From UHGV virus genome UHGV-0139590: a stretch of 33,699 bases of DNA; one strand, given 5' to 3'. Below the pieces are notes generated by a model. It was not told the origin of the DNA and did not search any database. It saw only the letters and a list, made by a program, of their open reading frames with translations. The first letter of the stretch is position 1; the number at the start of each line of letters is the position of its first letter. The stretch is from a virus. The translations under genes and the position numbers were made by a program. Below, in pieces: positions 25,250 to 33,699 of the stretch.

Positions 25250-25269
25250 AAAATACAGACCACTTAGAA
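25250..25269 (+). promoter_or_regulatory. Partial copy of the conserved promoter-like box (AAAATACAGACCACTTAGAA)
   Basis: Core AAAA-N-ACAGAC matches the other four copies; the downstream half is divergent. About 50 nt upstream of the DarB-like start. Confidence 0.25.
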
Positions 25270-25317
25270 TTGCGCTGATTTTATCGGGTCTATGTTTTGC
25301 AGACACAAGGTTAAAAA

Positions 25318-28300
25318 ATGGCAAACACTGTATTGGATCATCTGAACAGTGCCGGATCGCTGGATGAGATTGTTACCCTCATTCTTCGGCTGCGAAAATC
25401 GCGCGCCGTGGCACAGTTCGGCATTGTCAAAGAGGACGGCGTGAGTATTCAGCGCGCGCGGCGAGCTGCAAATAACGCTGCAATGCGCCTGCTGCAAGAG
25501 CTGCCGGAGAACATGGACGGCAATAAGCTGACTGACGAACAGCGGCAGGTGCTGGCCGGTTATACCGGGGAAGGGGGCCTGACAGACGGAGGCAGTCAAT
25601 ACGAGTATTACACTCCACAGTTTATGGCAGAGGGTATCTGGGATCTGATGGCCGATTATGGCGTTACATCAGGCCACGTCCTGGAACCGTCCGCCGCAAC
25701 CGGCATCTTCCAGGAAACCAAGCCGCAGGGGGCGATCATGACCGCCGCCGAAATTTCGCCGGTTTCTGGCCGCATCAACCAGCTGCTGCACCCGGAAGAC
25801 GATGTGCGCATGGGGGCATTTGAGGACCTGGCCGCGAACGTGGGCGATGACACCTACGATCACGCCGTCGGCAATATCCCGTTCGGTGAAAGCCGTACCG
25901 GATATGCTGAGCGCGATCCGGCGTACAAAGGGGAAACGAACGTCGGGCATTACTTTGTCCTGCGTACCATCGACAAGGTGAAGCCGGGCGGGCTGGTGGT
26001 GCTGGTGGTGCCAAACGGCATGACCGACGGCGGCGGAACCAACAAAAAGCTGCGTGATAAAGTGGCGCGCCGCGCGGAGTTTCTGGGGGCGCACCGTATG
26101 CCGTCCGGCACTTTCGCCGAAAGCGGCACCGCGACAGTGGTTGACGTGTGGGTACTGCGTAAACACACCCGCGCGCTGGCAGAGATCGTCAGCAATGCCG
26201 ACGATAAAACCCTGACCGCCGCCCACGTACTCTGGCCGACGTTCCTCAAGGGCAAATGGTTTGCGACTGAGGGCAAGCGGTTTGTCCACGGCGAAACAGA
26301 GCGATCCAGCTTCAACAACATTCTGACGGTCAAAAAAGACGGCCGCGTAACCAATGAAGGCATGAAACAGGCGTTATCGCGCCGGTTTGACAGCCGTATC
26401 GCCTGGGAAATGCTGGACGTGAACCAGGATGCATACAAAGGCGCGAATGAAGGTGATAAGCGGCTGGTGGGCGGTATCTGGCATGTTTATGACGGCGAAA
26501 CGTGGGTCCGTGACAGTACGACCGATCGCAGCGGCATTGACGCGGAACGCTTCGGGGCGCAGACCTTCGGGGATCTCCAGACAAAATGCCGGTCGCTGCA
26601 TGGCCTGCTGTCTCTCAGCGCCAGCCAGCTCGCCGCCATTGCTGATGTCTATCCGGCGCTGCTGACCGATCGCCAGCACAACGTGATGACGTTTGCTCGC
26701 CAGCAAAAGCCATCCCAGCGCGAGCGCGCGCTGCGTGGGGCGCTGATTGGCCTCACCATCAACGATGCGCAGGACCTGATCGCCCAGGGCAATGATGCAG
26801 GCCCGCTGCTGGCCGACGCCGCGCGTATGGTTGAACAGGAAATTGCGGTCTATGGCTCACCAAACGGCCTGCGCCTGGCCGGGCTTTCCGATCCCGCGGC
26901 TAAAGGCTGGCTGACCTTCCAGGGCAACGTTACCCGCGACAGTAAGCTCTCTGATTTGTTGACCGGTCGCCTTAATACCGAGTCTGTTTCTCCGGTCGAT
27001 ACCGGCAACCCTGAGCAGGTTGTGGCACACCTTTTCAGCCAGATTGACCTGGTGCCGGTGTCGCTTGAGCAATTCCGTGACTATTGCACCGCGCAGCTGC
27101 CGTCCTCAGATGACGCGCTTCTGGACTACCTGGCGAACTTCCCGGAAATCGCGCTCGATGGCTACGGCAACATTCTGCCGATGTCGCGCGCCACCAGCGG
27201 CAACGTGCGCGGGAAAATGACCACGCTGGCCGCGCAGATAGCCGGACTCCAGGACGGCCCGCAAAAGCAAAATCTGGTACGCCAGATGATGCTGATTGAC
27301 GAAAAGCGTAACCCGGTCCCGATCGACAAAATCACGGTAAACCTTAACGCCCGCTGGCTTGATCGTCGTTTGATTAAAGAGTTTCTGGCCGAGCAGGGTT
27401 ATGACGCTTTTAAATACACCCAGGACATTCAGGTGGAAGACGGTTTCCTTGTCTCCCCGGATGATTACGCGGGCAAGGACGGCGTTTTCAGTGGCTATAA
27501 GCTGCGCACCGTTACCAGCAAGGGTGTCACTGAATTTAAGCAGGCCAACAACAGCGACGGCTTTTTAAACCAGCTGGAAAACTACCTTAACGGCGTCAAG
27601 CCGCGCGGGGTGAATGCTGCCCAGTACCTGGATCGCATCGGCAAGCTGGAAGCCTCTTTCAACGACTGGCTGAAATCGCACCCGGACGTTACCGGCGTTG
27701 AGAATGATTACAACGACGCGTTTAACAACTACGTCCCGTTCGAGCATTCCAGCGAATCTCTGAGTCTCGAAGGCATTTCCGGCAAACGTATCCCGCTGAG
27801 TTACCAGAACTCCGAGGTTCGCCGTCTTTCAGAGGACGGGCGCGGCATTATGGGATTCGGCACCGGTCTGGGTAAAACCACGACCGCGCTGGCGCTGGAG
27901 GCGTTTAACTTCCAGCATGGCCGCTCAAAACGGACCGCGATTGTCGTACCGAAGGCCGTTTATCAGAACTGGTATCACGAAGCGCGCGACTTCTACGGTG
28001 ACGCGGCATTCAGTCAGATGCTTTTTATCGGACTGGATGAAGTGATGGGCGATAACGGTATTCAGCAATCGCAGGTACGCAACGAGAACAACGAACCGGT
28101 TACGGATAGCGACGGCAACCCGGTAATGCGTAATGTCCTCAAGGATGCCGATACCGCCACCATTCTGGAGCGTCTGAACCGTATCCCTGCGTCGAATTAT
28201 CGCTCAGTCATCATGACAAAAGAGCAATTCGGCATGATCCCGATGCGCCCGGAAACGATTGAAGAGAACTCCGCGCAGGCGCTGTATAACGCCGTCGATA

Positions 28301-31300
28301 TGGGCCGCACTGACCTGATGAAATCGACGCACCGCGCAGAGCTGGCGAAGAACAAACTCAAAGACAAGGCCGCAGACACCGGCACCGAGAAGAAACAGCA
28401 GGTTCCGTACTTTGAGGACATGAACTTTGACAACGTGATCGCAGATGAAGGCCACAACTACAGGAACTCGCTTTCTGCTGGCCGTGAAACCGCGCAGCTG
28501 GCGTACCTGCCTAACCCGGCTGTATCGCAGATCGCGCGTGATATGTCGGTCAAGTCAGCCTGGTTGATGAAGAAATACAACGGGCGCGGCGTCACGCTGC
28601 TGACGGCCACACCGCTCGTTAACTCGCCGCTCGATGCCTTCAACATGTTGAGCCACGTCGTGCCGGTTGAAGACTGGAAGGCAATGGGCATCCTGACACC
28701 GGACGACTTTGTGCGCGTGTTCGGCGAAACCGCAAACGTGGTGGTGCAGAAGATATCCGGCGAACTGATGGATAAGCAGGGGCTGGTGGGCTTTAAAAAC
28801 CTGGACGGGTTGCGCGGTATCTTCCATCGCTGGACCACGTTAAAGACCGCTGCTGACGTGAAAGAAAGCGTCAAAATCCCGGACCTGAACGAGAAAAACG
28901 TAGAGGTTCCGCTGACCGATGAGCAGAAAGAGCTGTACGAAGCGTTGCGTAAGCGCGCCAGCCTGATCGGGCAGAAAGAGATCATCACCAAAAATGAAGA
29001 CGGCACGGTAACAGTCGAGCAAAACAAAGACGATGATTTTATCTTTTCCGTTATCCGCGACATGGACAAGATGGTTATCGACCCGGACTTATACCGATCG
29101 TCGCTGACCTTCCGTTTCCTGCCTGCCGATCTGGAAAAGGTCAAAGTTATTGCGGCCAGTCTGCCAGCCCATGCGGGTGGCAAAGAGGCCGATGATGATG
29201 ACGAGGTGGAAGAAAACGAGGCCGGGCTGGTGGACACTCGCACCAGTAAGGTTGTGGCAACGACCGTGACCGAAAAGGCCGACGCTACAGAGCTGATGGT
29301 CAGCGTGGATCTGGAAGCTGAGGTGATGAAAGCGATCGCCGCTGCCGGTATCAGTATGAAAACCGTCACGCACCCTATCCCGCCAAAATATGCGGCCATG
29401 ATTGAGAACCTGAAAGCCGGGATGCAGAACGGCAAGCAGATCATCTTTATGGACGAAAAGACGCAGCACAACAAACTACGCCGCATCATCGCCAGCGCGC
29501 TGGGGCTGGATGAAGGCCAGATAGGGATCATTAACGCCACGACTGTCAGCAAGGCAACCGGGCCGAAACTCAAGAAGGTTAAAAAGCCGGTTGAGCCTGC
29601 CGAGCGCGCCGACGGCAATTACAAAGAGGGTGCGTGGGAAAAATATTACGCCGACCTGGCACGATATGAAGATTACCAGTCTGCGCTCAATGACGTGTCG
29701 CTCTCCGGCATGGAGGGGATCGCCGCCGACTACAACGAAGGCCGGACCCCGATTGTTATCTGCAACAAAAAGGCAGAGGTCGGCATTAATTTGCACAAAG
29801 GCACTACGGATATTCACCATTTAACCTTCCCCTGGACGCCAGCGAGTATTTCGCAGCGTAACGGGCGCGGGGCGCGTGTTGGTTCCAGCCAGGACTCGGT
29901 GAATGTGCATTACTACTGCGGCCAGGGATCGTTTGATGAATTCCGTCTCCAGACGCTACAGCGCAAAAAGGACTGGATTAATCAGATCATGACATCCGAC
30001 ATGTCCACCTACAAAAACGGTGACGTGGATGAGAAAGATGAAATTAATCTGATGCTGGCCGCGAACCCGGAAGAGCGACAGGCGCGCATTAATGCCCAGC
30101 TGGCCGCACGTCGTGAAGTTGAACGACTCCGTGCTGAGAAGGAAGCCGAAACCGCGCTCGATGTGTACCTGCGCGCGTCCGTGGCAGCGAAAGAAGATCC
30201 GGTGGTGCTCGCCAGCCGCCTGGAGAGTGCCGAGCAAAAACTCACAGCGCACGAAGCGAAGGTGGAAGAATACCGCGCTTGGGTGAACAAAGAGGAAAGC
30301 GACTACAACAGCTGGATGGAAAGTCACGGCAAGCGCAGCGCAGATATTTACCACGCTGAACCGCGCCGCCGTGCTCGCTCAACCCTGAAAACAGCAGTTG
30401 AAACTCTGGTGGAGCTGAAAACGGATGTGAAGAAAGCACGTAACGTGCTCAGTCGGTCGAAAAGCGCCTCAACGATGGTGAAGCGGGCGCGCGGCGATCT
30501 GGAGCGTAGCATTAAAGCAGGCATCATTGACGTTGATCCCGATGTGCTGCTTAACCCGTCGCAGTACGTGAAAACGGCAACTGGCACCCTGCTGAAAGCT
30601 GGGGCGTATTACTGGATCGTTGGTGATTATCGCTACGTTGGTCGAATCACCCGCCTGATGCCTGATCAGGGTGCGGTGGAAGTGGATGTGATGTATGCCC
30701 CCATTAACGCGAATAGCTACAGGACACCGGGCGGAGGCGTGAGAGAAGTGCTGATGTCGAAGGTACGCGATCAGGTTGACGTAACCGAAAGCCAGGCCGT
30801 CGCCCGTCGCCGCGCTAACGCTGGTTTGTGGCCTTCCGAAGTCGCATCCACGCTCAGCCGTGCGGAGTTTATCGACGCCGTAGCGGGTAATTACCTGCGC
30901 GTGAAAGGCGATACATGGATGCAATATTCCGACGCCGGCACACTGGAAATGTTTTACGTTGCGGGTGGACTCAGCAGCGATAACCCGGAGCGCCTGGTTT
31001 ACCCGGACAGCAACGACGAAGGTTTAAAGCGCGCTATGTATCAATTCTCCGTGAACAACGGCATCTATTCCGTGCGCACCATGTATTCGGCGGTATTCGG
31101 TGAGAACTACAGCGAAGTGCTGGAAGGGTACGGCGAACAGGCAACGATGGCCGATGCGCTGGACATCTTCGAAACCGCTCGCCGGGAAGCCGAGAAGGAC
31201 AGTGGTGCGATCCTTGCCGGTGCATCAGAAGAAGAGGTGAATTCTGCCTTCTTCAATGGCGTGGATAGTGCCGTGCGCTTCTGGCAAGGCAGTCTGTCAG

Positions 31301-32160
31301 TGCGCAAGGTGATGACACACAGCAAGCGGTTCAGCAACCAGACGGAGATCCGCCAGTTTATCAGCACCATTCTGGACGATCGCATTGCCGTCAAGATTGA
31401 TGAGATTAACGAGGCCGTAGGGCGCGCCGCGAAAGAGCTGTACGCACAGTGCGAACGCCTGGAAGGGCGAACGGCGCTGGAGGAAGTGCGCCAGCTGGAT
31501 GACATGGACATTTCCGGCTTTATGAATCGCGCGCAGCAGTCGCGTAACCTGATGGCGCTCAACCTGCCCGAGCTGGTGATGGCCGGTGTGCTGGTGGGCG
31601 CATATTCACGTCAGATGGTCAATGCTGGTGTGTTCACGTCAGGAAGCCGGGTGCGTCAGCTGCTGGACTCTGGCCGCTACAAGTTGAAAGAGGTTAAAAA
31701 CGGGGGCTACAAGCCGCTTGCAGCCTCTTTTGATGAGTGGCTTGGCCTGATGGCCGGTGATCTCTCCGATACCGAGCTGGCCGCGCTGCGCGAGGCAGAA
31801 GAGGCCCGCAAGGCCAGCGAGGCAGAAGTCTTTGCCGGTCAGCAGGCGGCGGCAGGCGAATACGGTTATGTTGCCAGCACCAACCAGCAGGAGCTGGCAG
31901 GCCAGCGCAAATGGAAAAACCGCACGTTCAGAATGAGTTTCCCGGCTGGTGGTGCGCATGTGCTGAGTGACAGCAACGGTCGCGCCACGCTCAAAGCGAA
32001 GGCTGTACGTACCATGCTGAAAGAGAAGTACGGCGCGCAATTCTGGAACTTTGAAGACGATCCGGTGGCGGGTAATGAGTTTACCCAGCCAGCATGGATT
32101 GTGCCGTCACGATTCCCTATTGAACAAATTCACAGTGATATTCAGGCACTGGTCAGCTAA
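25318..32160 (+). CDS. darB: Giant N6-adenine methyltransferase / SF2 helicase fusion (2280 aa), DarB-like anti-restriction virion protein
   Basis: MTase motif I VLEPSAATGIF (about 25678-25710) and motif IV GNIPFGE (about 25866-25889). Helicase motifs GFGTGLGKTT, DEGH, LLTATP and QRNGRGARVG between about 27850 and 29880. Size and architecture match P1 DarB (about 2255 aa), next to portal/protease as in P1. Confidence 0.75.
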   Translation: MANTVLDHLNSAGSLDEIVTLILRLRKSRAVAQFGIVKEDGVSIQRARRAANNAAMRLLQELPENMDGNKLTDEQRQVLAGYTGEGGLTDGGSQYEYYTPQFMAEGIWDLMADYGVTSGHVLEPSAATGIFQETKPQGAIMTAAEISPVSGRINQLLHPEDDVRMGAFEDLAANVGDDTYDHAVGNIPFGESRTGYAERDPAYKGETNVGHYFVLRTIDKVKPGGLVVLVVPNGMTDGGGTNKKLRDKVARRAEFLGAHRMPSGTFAESGTATVVDVWVLRKHTRALAEIVSNADDKTLTAAHVLWPTFLKGKWFATEGKRFVHGETERSSFNNILTVKKDGRVTNEGMKQALSRRFDSRIAWEMLDVNQDAYKGANEGDKRLVGGIWHVYDGETWVRDSTTDRSGIDAERFGAQTFGDLQTKCRSLHGLLSLSASQLAAIADVYPALLTDRQHNVMTFARQQKPSQRERALRGALIGLTINDAQDLIAQGNDAGPLLADAARMVEQEIAVYGSPNGLRLAGLSDPAAKGWLTFQGNVTRDSKLSDLLTGRLNTESVSPVDTGNPEQVVAHLFSQIDLVPVSLEQFRDYCTAQLPSSDDALLDYLANFPEIALDGYGNILPMSRATSGNVRGKMTTLAAQIAGLQDGPQKQNLVRQMMLIDEKRNPVPIDKITVNLNARWLDRRLIKEFLAEQGYDAFKYTQDIQVEDGFLVSPDDYAGKDGVFSGYKLRTVTSKGVTEFKQANNSDGFLNQLENYLNGVKPRGVNAAQYLDRIGKLEASFNDWLKSHPDVTGVENDYNDAFNNYVPFEHSSESLSLEGISGKRIPLSYQNSEVRRLSEDGRGIMGFGTGLGKTTTALALEAFNFQHGRSKRTAIVVPKAVYQNWYHEARDFYGDAAFSQMLFIGLDEVMGDNGIQQSQVRNENNEPVTDSDGNPVMRNVLKDADTATILERLNRIPASNYRSVIMTKEQFGMIPMRPETIEENSAQALYNAVDMGRTDLMKSTHRAELAKNKLKDKAADTGTEKKQQVPYFEDMNFDNVIADEGHNYRNSLSAGRETAQLAYLPNPAVSQIARDMSVKSAWLMKKYNGRGVTLLTATPLVNSPLDAFNMLSHVVPVEDWKAMGILTPDDFVRVFGETANVVVQKISGELMDKQGLVGFKNLDGLRGIFHRWTTLKTAADVKESVKIPDLNEKNVEVPLTDEQKELYEALRKRASLIGQKEIITKNEDGTVTVEQNKDDDFIFSVIRDMDKMVIDPDLYRSSLTFRFLPADLEKVKVIAASLPAHAGGKEADDDDEVEENEAGLVDTRTSKVVATTVTEKADATELMVSVDLEAEVMKAIAAAGISMKTVTHPIPPKYAAMIENLKAGMQNGKQIIFMDEKTQHNKLRRIIASALGLDEGQIGIINATTVSKATGPKLKKVKKPVEPAERADGNYKEGAWEKYYADLARYEDYQSALNDVSLSGMEGIAADYNEGRTPIVICNKKAEVGINLHKGTTDIHHLTFPWTPASISQRNGRGARVGSSQDSVNVHYYCGQGSFDEFRLQTLQRKKDWINQIMTSDMSTYKNGDVDEKDEINLMLAANPEERQARINAQLAARREVERLRAEKEAETALDVYLRASVAAKEDPVVLASRLESAEQKLTAHEAKVEEYRAWVNKEESDYNSWMESHGKRSADIYHAEPRRRARSTLKTAVETLVELKTDVKKARNVLSRSKSASTMVKRARGDLERSIKAGIIDVDPDVLLNPSQYVKTATGTLLKAGAYYWIVGDYRYVGRITRLMPDQGAVEVDVMYAPINANSYRTPGGGVREVLMSKVRDQVDVTESQAVARRRANAGLWPSEVASTLSRAEFIDAVAGNYLRVKGDTWMQYSDAGTLEMFYVAGGLSSDNPERLVYPDSNDEGLKRAMYQFSVNNGIYSVRTMYSAVFGENYSEVLEGYGEQATMADALDIFETARREAEKDSGAILAGASEEEVNSAFFNGVDSAVRFWQGSLSVRKVMTHSKRFSNQTEIRQFISTILDDRIAVKIDEINEAVGRAAKELYAQCERLEGRTALEEVRQLDDMDISGFMNRAQQSRNLMALNLPELVMAGVLVGAYSRQMVNAGVFTSGSRVRQLLDSGRYKLKEVKNGGYKPLAASFDEWLGLMAGDLSDTELAALREAEEARKASEAEVFAGQQAAAGEYGYVASTNQQELAGQRKWKNRTFRMSFPAGGAHVLSDSNGRATLKAKAVRTMLKEKYGAQFWNFEDDPVAGNEFTQPAWIVPSRFPIEQIHSDIQALVS

Positions 32161-32194
32161 CACAGGAGCGCCCGGGAAACCGGGCGAAAGACTT

Positions 32195-32629
32195 ATGACA
32201 ACGTTAATCGACACCGTTTTACCGACCGAAGAGCATCTGGAAGGGATTTTAATCGCGCATGCGCTGGAGGGGCGGGAAGAGGGCGAGTTTGTGGAGGCTT
32301 ACCTGCGCGGGCTGGAGCAACGGCTTGCGGCCAACTCTCTTTCGTACCGGGCATTTGGTCCGTGGTGGCCTGCACTGAAAACCATGCTCCTGGAGCGCGG
32401 CATCACAACCTGGGGGCAGATCGTTGATAGTGACGTGGCCGAGATTTACAGCATGCGCAGACCTGCATTGACGCTGGTAGCAGCACATCTTTATGCTGAT
32501 GAAGTCGCGGATACTGGTAATATGTTCAGTGCTGATCATCTGCTCAGCGTTATGCCGTCCGCTGACGACACGGAGCCGTATCATTATGTGAGCTACGATG
32601 AGTCTGTGGAGAAGTACAAACTGAAATAA
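32195..32629 (+). CDS. Hypothetical protein (144 aa)
   Basis: ATG 32195 chosen; the ORF-track start at 32051 would overlap the 3' end of the DarB-like gene. Weak SD. Confidence 0.45.
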   Translation: MTTLIDTVLPTEEHLEGILIAHALEGREEGEFVEAYLRGLEQRLAANSLSYRAFGPWWPALKTMLLERGITTWGQIVDSDVAEIYSMRRPALTLVAAHLYADEVADTGNMFSADHLLSVMPSADDTEPYHYVSYDESVEKYKLK

Positions 32630-32639
32630 GAGGCCGACA

Positions 32640-32894
32640 ATGACAAACCGCCCCAGGAAATTTTATACCATCAGTGAGCTGACCGAACTGGCCCGCGCCC
32701 ACGGCTGCGAGCTGCGCTACAAACGCACTCAGGCGGTGTTTTCGCTGCATCTGGCAGGCAAGCCGGAACAGTGGAGCTGGATTATAAACCCGGCGAGCGG
32801 TGAGCGGGTGAGGCTGGTGCGCGAGTTAGACAGGCACGAATGGGGCGTGTTGCTGGCGCGATCGCGCGATGAACTGGCCCGCAGGCATGGATAA
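32640..32894 (+). CDS. Hypothetical protein (84 aa)
   Basis: ATG 32640 with AAGAGG upstream. Confidence 0.5.
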   Translation: MTNRPRKFYTISELTELARAHGCELRYKRTQAVFSLHLAGKPEQWSWIINPASGERVRLVRELDRHEWGVLLARSRDELARRHG

Positions 32895-32973
32895 AGAACA
32901 AACATAGCAACAAATGAAAATTAAACTTGCTCAAAATACATAAAAGCCTTAGATTCAATATGCATTAAGAAAA

Positions 32974-32993
32974 AGCCCGGCATAAGCCGGGCT
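32974..32993. terminator. Hairpin AGCCCGGC-ATAA-GCCGGGCT, flanked by an A-run 5' and TCCCATT 3'
   Basis: Perfect 8-bp stem. The T-run is better on the minus strand, so direction is ambiguous. Confidence 0.4.
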
Positions 32994-33055
32994 TCCCATT
33001 CAAAGCGGGTCAGAGTTTGGCGACCTAAACCCGCCTGAACAAAAGGAACTATACC

Positions 33056-33232
33056 ATGAAAGCATTCGCTCAGCGTGATTTTGTGCAACCCGTCAAACAC
33101 ACCCAGCAGCCTTCTGATGCCCGCGCATTCCAGGTTTTCGAAAACATCCTGCGCGTCTGGGTCCCTCTCTGCCTGTCCATCTTTGGTAGCGTCTGGCTCC
33201 TGAGCCTCGTCTACAAGCTCGCCACACTTTAA
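33056..33232 (+). CDS. Small membrane protein (58 aa), not in the supplied ORF track
   Basis: ATG 33056 with AAAAGGAAC upstream. Translation MKAFAQRDFVQPVKHTQQPSDARAFQVFENILRVWVPLCLSIFGSVWLLSLVYKLATL has a hydrophilic N-terminus and a C-terminal transmembrane helix. Confidence 0.4.
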   Translation: MKAFAQRDFVQPVKHTQQPSDARAFQVFENILRVWVPLCLSIFGSVWLLSLVYKLATL

Positions 33233-33273
33233 AAATAACCCTAAAAAACAAACCGGAATCTGCCGATTTGGTT

Positions 33274-33390
33274 GTGACTTTTAATGCGATTTTGGTTACG
33301 GGAAGTTGATTTGCGCCAATCAAAATTGCATTAAAGCGCAGTAACTAAGTCGATTGATTTTAATCGGTGTTAATGTGAGGCGCTCTCACA
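33274..33390. promoter_or_regulatory. Operator-like cluster of inverted repeats upstream of the 79-aa gene
   Basis: TTAATGCGATTTTGGTT (33281-33297) against AATCAAAATTGCATTAA (33318-33334), 15/17 inverted; CGATT-N6-AATCG (33351-33366); perfect TGTGAG-N5-CTCACA (33374-33390). TTAATG occurs three times. Confidence 0.35.
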
Positions 33391-33437
33391 CACAGCGAGC
33401 TCCTCTGGGTATTTCTTATTCCAATAAAGGCTAAAAA

Positions 33438-33677
33438 ATGACGTGTCCAAAGTATGTGATTTCTCCCGCTGGTGAAAAATGGATTGCAGCAAAAATTAAA
33501 GCATTTCGTGCGGAGCACATGCGTGAACCCAATCGTGACGAGGCTTTCAGCATCAAGCAGGCGTGGCGAGCGTTACAGATTGACGTTCAACTGAGAAAGC
33601 AAACCCGCCGCCTGCACAAAAAAATCTGCGATTCCGAAAATTTCCAGTGGCAACCCTCCGTCGCCCCCCGACGTTAG
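33438..33677 (+). CDS. Hypothetical basic protein (79 aa)
   Basis: ATG 33438 with AAAGG upstream. Preceded by the operator-like repeat cluster. Confidence 0.45.
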   Translation: MTCPKYVISPAGEKWIAAKIKAFRAEHMREPNRDEAFSIKQAWRALQIDVQLRKQTRRLHKKICDSENFQWQPSVAPRR

Positions 33678-33699
33678 CCCTGTATGACCCCCATTACTT

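Noticed and set aside
32051-32194. Upstream start for the 144-aa gene overlapping the DarB-like 3' end
   Set aside because: It would overlap the DarB-like coding region by over 100 nt in another frame; the internal ATG 32195 is more plausible.
33093-33323. 76-aa minus-strand ORF
   Set aside because: It is Arg/Gly-rich with no SD, and overlaps a plus-strand 58-aa ORF that has a good SD and a membrane-protein-like sequence.

Overview
This window reads as the late (morphogenesis, lysis, virion-protein) region of a P1-like tailed phage, either a prophage or a phage-plasmid, in an enterobacterial-type background with GC-rich coding and AT-rich intergenic DNA. All functional names are inferred from motifs and gene order only; no database search was run. 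Left to right: (1) the 3' part of a virion protein of more than 1130 aa with Ala/Thr-rich repeats, cut by the window edge; (2) baseplate-like genes (gp25/W-like, J-like, and a 728-aa protein with three tandem domain repeats); (3) a tail-fibre operon with two tandem fibre cassettes, each followed by a paralogous ~95-aa gene; (4) two small holin-like membrane proteins, each preceded by an identical terminator plus a conserved promoter-like box; (5) an operon of putative virion-internal, Dar-like proteins (151, 214, 894, 112 aa); (6) an inserted IS200/IS605-family element carrying only tnpB; (7) a ParB-domain protein, a CHAP-type peptidoglycan hydrolase and an HTH protein; (8) head protease/scaffold and portal on the minus strand; (9) a 2280-aa N6-adenine methyltransferase / SF2 helicase fusion resembling the P1 DarB anti-restriction protein; (10) small genes and an AT-rich regulatory region at the right edge. 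Most genes in the operons are joined by overlapping stop/start codons (ATGA, TAATG, GTGA), suggesting translational coupling. No rRNA, tRNA or CRISPR array was seen by eye. The main candidates for something new are the TnpB element sitting where the Dar-like operon ends, a promoter-like box recurring upstream of five late transcription units, and the duplicated tail-fibre cassettes.
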